DNA from: a virus
Virus record (IMG/VR): IMGVR_UViG_3300002026_000069
Span: 1-64,000 of that record
Strand: one strand, 5' to 3'
DNA: 64,000 nucleotides
The translations under genes and the position numbers were made by a program. Below, piece by piece: positions 59,971-64,000 of the stretch (the stretch's first letter is position 1; each line of letters opens with the position of its first letter). Under the pieces are notes generated by a model, which did not search any database, was not told the origin of the DNA, and saw only the letters and a list, made by a program, of their open reading frames with translations.

Positions 59971-62880
59971 ATGGTTGCCAAGAATACTTTATTCTATCCA
60001 TTTCCGACTGTTCCAGAACAATATTCTCCTGTTTTTGATAGTGTTCAGATTTTTAATGGAACGACATTCGCAGATGAAACAGTTGATTCAACCAGTGTGA
60101 CATCGGGAGATGTAACATTAGGATCAGTTGTAAACTCTGCGTATTATTTTGGTGATACGGCAGACGCTCATTGGTCTGGATTTAGAGGCTCGCTTTCCAT
60201 TGCTGGATTAACTCAATCGTTTACATCAGTAAAAACATTCAATGGAACTACATGGGTAACTGAAACCACAGACGCAAACAGTACAGGTTCAAACGATATT
60301 AGTTTAACATCAAATGTAGGACATAAATGGTTCTTTGGCTGTGCGAATCTGTTTGAAGGACTTAGAGTTCAGAAAAACACAAGCTTTTCATATCTTGGCA
60401 GTGTTTTGAAATGGGAATATTCAACAGGTGGAAATACATGGGTTGAATTTGCTCCATCTATTTCTTTCGGAGTTGATACTCATTTAAATAATAATGATCC
60501 AACTGGCATTACGAATTGCCAGATGAATGAACTGTGCTGGGATTCATCAGCACTGTCTGGATGGACAACAGACACGCAAGATGGTGTATCTGCGTATTAT
60601 ATACGAGTCACTATTATAACTCCATATGTAAATGTATCTGGCACTTTAGTAACAACAGTTACATTTACAAGATTTCAAGCCATAAATGGGAAATGGCAAT
60701 ATTGGAATGGCGCAAGTTGGGTATTTTTTGCGCCTAAAACAACTGATATATTTAGTGCGAACTATACTGCTTCATCTGGATTCTTTCTTGCTACAAGTTT
60801 ATATTTTTCATTTAATCCATTTGCATTAACTGGATGGGCTAATACATCTGGAGTTAATAGTCCAAATTTGGTTAACGGAAGATATATTCGTTATCTTATA
60901 ACATCTGATTTCGTTACAGTTCCAATCGGATCATATTTTACGCATGGATTTTATAATTATCTCAATAAAACCATATACTGTTCTGAAGTAAATGCACGAA
61001 CAATCACAAGTGCATGGCTTCGTGCAACTGCAATCATTAATGATGACAGTACAGATTACAAGGGTGGAGCAGTATATGTTCGTGTAAATGGTGGAAGTTG
61101 GAGTGAATATGTTGATCAATTAGTATACGCAGATACGGGTGAATCTTTTACAACATTCATTGGGACAGATATTACTAGCCAGTTAAATAGTAATTTCACC
61201 GGATCATCAACTACTATAGAAATAGCAACGATTATAAATTGTGATTTTGAAGCCACTACTACATCTTATATTTCCAATAGTCAGGTTGAACTTGGATTTA
61301 CTTATGAATTTAATGAAGTTGGACAAAATATTTTAACTAAAACAGTTAAATATCCGTTACCTACTCCAATTAACTATTTCACGACTTCATATCAAACTAT
61401 TGATACACTTCCTGCTTGGGATACATTTCTTCCAGAAGTCAATAAGAATATTAGAAATATTGTTATTGTCATGGAGGGTTCTAGCCAATGCAACGTTGCA
61501 ACCGCACATACTTTCAAATATAGATTCGATGCAGGGGCAGATAATGTCTTTGGAGATGTCACTAACCCAGCTTCATCTGAATACAATGTATTCGCTGCAA
61601 TAGATTTATCTGCATTAGCAACAAATGCAACTCATCTATTTGAGGGTAGCTCAACGAACTCTGGTGCAAAATACAATCCTATTGCATTTACTGTTTATGT
61701 AACATATGATTATGATATTTCATTAAGTACAAGAGTTCTAAACTCTATCGTTAGTTCATATGATCCTTACCTAGATCATATGTTTCCAACTGGAATTGCT
61801 ATAATTATTAAACTTAATAAAATTATTAGAATTGCAGAACCAGGGACGATTACAATAAAACAAAGTGCAGTAAGGAGTCTTTTCAACGAAAACGCCTCTC
61901 TGAAATTTAGATGTAAGGTTGGTGCTGGATCAGTAAGAGATTATCAAGGTTCTGCTATTACAATTAATGGATCATCTCAGATATTTAATACTGTGTTTTC
62001 AAGCGTAGAAGTTCCGCTAGTTCGTGGAGCAAATAATATTACAACGGAAATTGATACCGGAGGTACTGGTTCAATTGCTTTTTATGCAAAGGGATCAAAT
62101 CACGAAATAATTTTAAATTACGAAAGCGACATCGCTCCAAGTGGAGTAAATAATCATAATAAAACTATTTATAAATATTTTTCTGGATATAGCGAAGGTG
62201 TAGCTGCGGCTAGTACCAGAACAATTTTACTAGAATTTGCAACGATTGTAGAAAGTACATTCTTTATTAATGAAGCTGCGTTTGAAATTAAGACGAAATC
62301 TTCTACATCAAATGAGGTTGGAGCAATCGGAATCTTTTCTGTTTCTGGAGATGATGTTGGCTCTGGATATCATATTAGTAACACATATGCGTTAGCTAAT
62401 TTCCAAGAGAGAGGCATAAAATGCTCTGTATGTTCTATATTAAATGCATTCAAACAATATCCAGAGCAACCTCCGCTATCTAATCCATCTTCTTATTCTC
62501 AGAGATTTGATATAGAACTGAAAAGAAGATTTACATTCTTTAATTCTTATTCTCCATATAGAGATATATGGAGCCGTTATACTTATCATAGTATAAGTAA
62601 GGTACTTACTGGAACAATAACAGGGTTCTCTGGAGATGGCAGTGGAATAACAGTAAACATTTATTGTGTATCAAATGGAAATCAGTTGGTCGCAACAGTT
62701 ACAACTTCTATAGGTGGAACCTTCTCGTTCACATGCTACGATGAAACAGAAGTATTATTTGCTACTGCCGAAAGAGATGATGGAATCATCATTAGTAGTC
62801 AGAAAGAGGCTAACTCCACCAGCTATGATATTAGTTTTAACTCAGGTTCTTCTGTAACCAGTTATGCATTCATCGGTTGA
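59971..62880 (+). CDS. Large beta-rich virion appendage/fibre protein
   Basis: Repeated WEYS/WQYWNG..W...Y.IR modules; S/T/N/aromatic-rich. Confidence 0.6.
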   Translation: MVAKNTLFYPFPTVPEQYSPVFDSVQIFNGTTFADETVDSTSVTSGDVTLGSVVNSAYYFGDTADAHWSGFRGSLSIAGLTQSFTSVKTFNGTTWVTETTDANSTGSNDISLTSNVGHKWFFGCANLFEGLRVQKNTSFSYLGSVLKWEYSTGGNTWVEFAPSISFGVDTHLNNNDPTGITNCQMNELCWDSSALSGWTTDTQDGVSAYYIRVTIITPYVNVSGTLVTTVTFTRFQAINGKWQYWNGASWVFFAPKTTDIFSANYTASSGFFLATSLYFSFNPFALTGWANTSGVNSPNLVNGRYIRYLITSDFVTVPIGSYFTHGFYNYLNKTIYCSEVNARTITSAWLRATAIINDDSTDYKGGAVYVRVNGGSWSEYVDQLVYADTGESFTTFIGTDITSQLNSNFTGSSTTIEIATIINCDFEATTTSYISNSQVELGFTYEFNEVGQNILTKTVKYPLPTPINYFTTSYQTIDTLPAWDTFLPEVNKNIRNIVIVMEGSSQCNVATAHTFKYRFDAGADNVFGDVTNPASSEYNVFAAIDLSALATNATHLFEGSSTNSGAKYNPIAFTVYVTYDYDISLSTRVLNSIVSSYDPYLDHMFPTGIAIIIKLNKIIRIAEPGTITIKQSAVRSLFNENASLKFRCKVGAGSVRDYQGSAITINGSSQIFNTVFSSVEVPLVRGANNITTEIDTGGTGSIAFYAKGSNHEIILNYESDIAPSGVNNHNKTIYKYFSGYSEGVAAASTRTILLEFATIVESTFFINEAAFEIKTKSSTSNEVGAIGIFSVSGDDVGSGYHISNTYALANFQERGIKCSVCSILNAFKQYPEQPPLSNPSSYSQRFDIELKRRFTFFNSYSPYRDIWSRYTYHSISKVLTGTITGFSGDGSGITVNIYCVSNGNQLVATVTTSIGGTFSFTCYDETEVLFATAERDDGIIISSQKEANSTSYDISFNSGSSVTSYAFIG

Positions 62881-62925
62881 ATATACCCATACATTGGATA
62901 ATATACATATGGGAATTTCAACACA

Positions 62926-63777
62926 ATGTCTGATCCAGTACCCATTTCGCCGCAAGAAATTCAAGCTCTTGCAGAGTCAGTTAATTCACTCAAAACAGGA
63001 GGGATGATTTTCATTGTCGTAATGACAGTGATCATCTTAGCCTATATGATGATATCTAAATACTTTACCTGGAAGAAAGAGAAGGCAATAAGCGATCAGA
63101 AGTCTGCTAGGGTGGAAGCTCAGATAAAAGCATTAACGAGTATAAATGATTCATTATCTCTTGTTAAGTCAGAACTAACGACTCTTGGACAAGATAACAA
63201 GCGGCATAATGAAGCTCTTCTTTTAGCTCATAATCATGTTAATTTTCAGCTAGATCAAATGGGAAAGAAGATTCGTGGAATAATTCCTGATGTTGATGCC
63301 AGTAAGATCATAAAAGTTTATTTTAATTCTATTATAAGAAAAGAAGTTTCATTCTTGGTTGAAGCTCAGATTATTGAGAACGGATTTCATGAATCGGCTG
63401 ATTTTATAAGACGCAGAATGAAATCAAACACCAAAGATGTACTTGATCGTTGCCAGGATGAACTTAAGGGCCTCAAGCTTCCCATATCAGTTAGAAGTAT
63501 CTTTTTAACTTACAAAGATAAAGATGGAGATCGTTATCAGGTCTGTGATGTCATTTGGGAGGCCATCCAACCAATTCTAGCTCGCGGTGGAGATAAAAAG
63601 AAGAATATTGAAGAGGCTAAACTTATTATTCAAAATGTTCTTAATGATTATATTAATCCAGTCATCAAAGAACTCACAGAAACAGCAACAGATAAATATG
63701 AAGCTGCACTAGAGAAGAAGCCTTCAAGTGGCACCGCTGCTTCATTTAAACCTATTAGAACACCCTTACCAGGATGA
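62926..63777 (+). CDS. Membrane-anchored coiled-coil protein
   Basis: N-terminal TM; TTGAAT-16-TAATAT promoter at 62877-62904. Confidence 0.6.
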   Translation: MSDPVPISPQEIQALAESVNSLKTGGMIFIVVMTVIILAYMMISKYFTWKKEKAISDQKSARVEAQIKALTSINDSLSLVKSELTTLGQDNKRHNEALLLAHNHVNFQLDQMGKKIRGIIPDVDASKIIKVYFNSIIRKEVSFLVEAQIIENGFHESADFIRRRMKSNTKDVLDRCQDELKGLKLPISVRSIFLTYKDKDGDRYQVCDVIWEAIQPILARGGDKKKNIEEAKLIIQNVLNDYINPVIKELTETATDKYEAALEKKPSSGTAASFKPIRTPLPG

Positions 63778-64000
63778 TTAAGCTTAATGAATTCAGAGTA
63801 GTCATGGTTGAAGTCGAAGCCCTTCGACTATACTGGACTATTGAACCTACTACTGAAGACATTGAAGAATATGATTTCAGTGTTTTGAGATCTGGAGCAG
63901 AAGAAGGACCTTGGCAATTAATAGCTAGTAATCTACAGTTTCAATATGTAGATCACGAAGCAAATAACTATTCAAGTGATAGAATTTACTATTACATAGT
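63774..64000 (+). CDS. Partial protein with FN3-like N-terminus, possibly neck/head completion
   Basis: ATGA-coupled; LYW...FSVLRS...GPW....YVD......YYY; runs off the right edge. Confidence 0.55.
   Translation, partial: MIKLNEFRVVMVEVEALRLYWTIEPTTEDIEEYDFSVLRSGAEEGPWQLIASNLQFQYVDHEANNYSSDRIYYYI

Noticed and set aside
57563-62880. Diversity-generating retroelement target in fibre genes
   Set aside because: No reverse transcriptase or adenine-variant repeat pair seen; the only repeat is an exact tandem copy
1-64000. Stop-codon reassignment
   Set aside because: Long intact ORFs in the standard code; TAA, TGA and TAG all end genes at sensible boundaries
1-64000. tRNA, rRNA, integrase or IS elements
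   Set aside because: None recognisable by eye; a tRNAscan/Infernal run would be needed to exclude them

Overview
A 64-kb AT-rich segment of a large tailed (probably contractile-tailed, jumbo-type) bacteriophage, read in the standard code. The + strand carries the morphogenesis genes: portal, terminase large subunit, MuF-like protein, prohead-protease candidate, scaffold-like proteins, major capsid protein, adaptor, spike/PAAR-like pair, large fibre/appendage proteins and a holin-like/lipoprotein pair. It also carries a single-chain fused beta-beta' RNA polymerase, two GIY-YIG genes and one HNH gene. Islands of short genes sit on the - strand between them. Three patterns stand out. (1) About 20 head-associated proteins are studded with a K-[TIVLK]-A motif, and a shared N-terminal leader (IEDAIEKIA) is fused to unrelated cargo; I infer a capsid-targeting, protease-release system that delivers effectors (ART-like, nuclease-like, J-domain, glycine-zipper). 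(2) There are two promoter classes: TTGAnn-16 bp-TAnnnT, often leaderless, for structural genes and the RNAP, and a -35-less WGRTATAAN-5nt-TA motif for the - strand islands. This suggests a virion-packaged RNAP that drives early genes. (3) An origin-like repeat region precedes the RNAP. Four exact tandem duplications (three frameshifting) and one 1-nt frameshift are probably assembly or sequencing errors. All functional calls come from motif recognition by eye; no searches were run.
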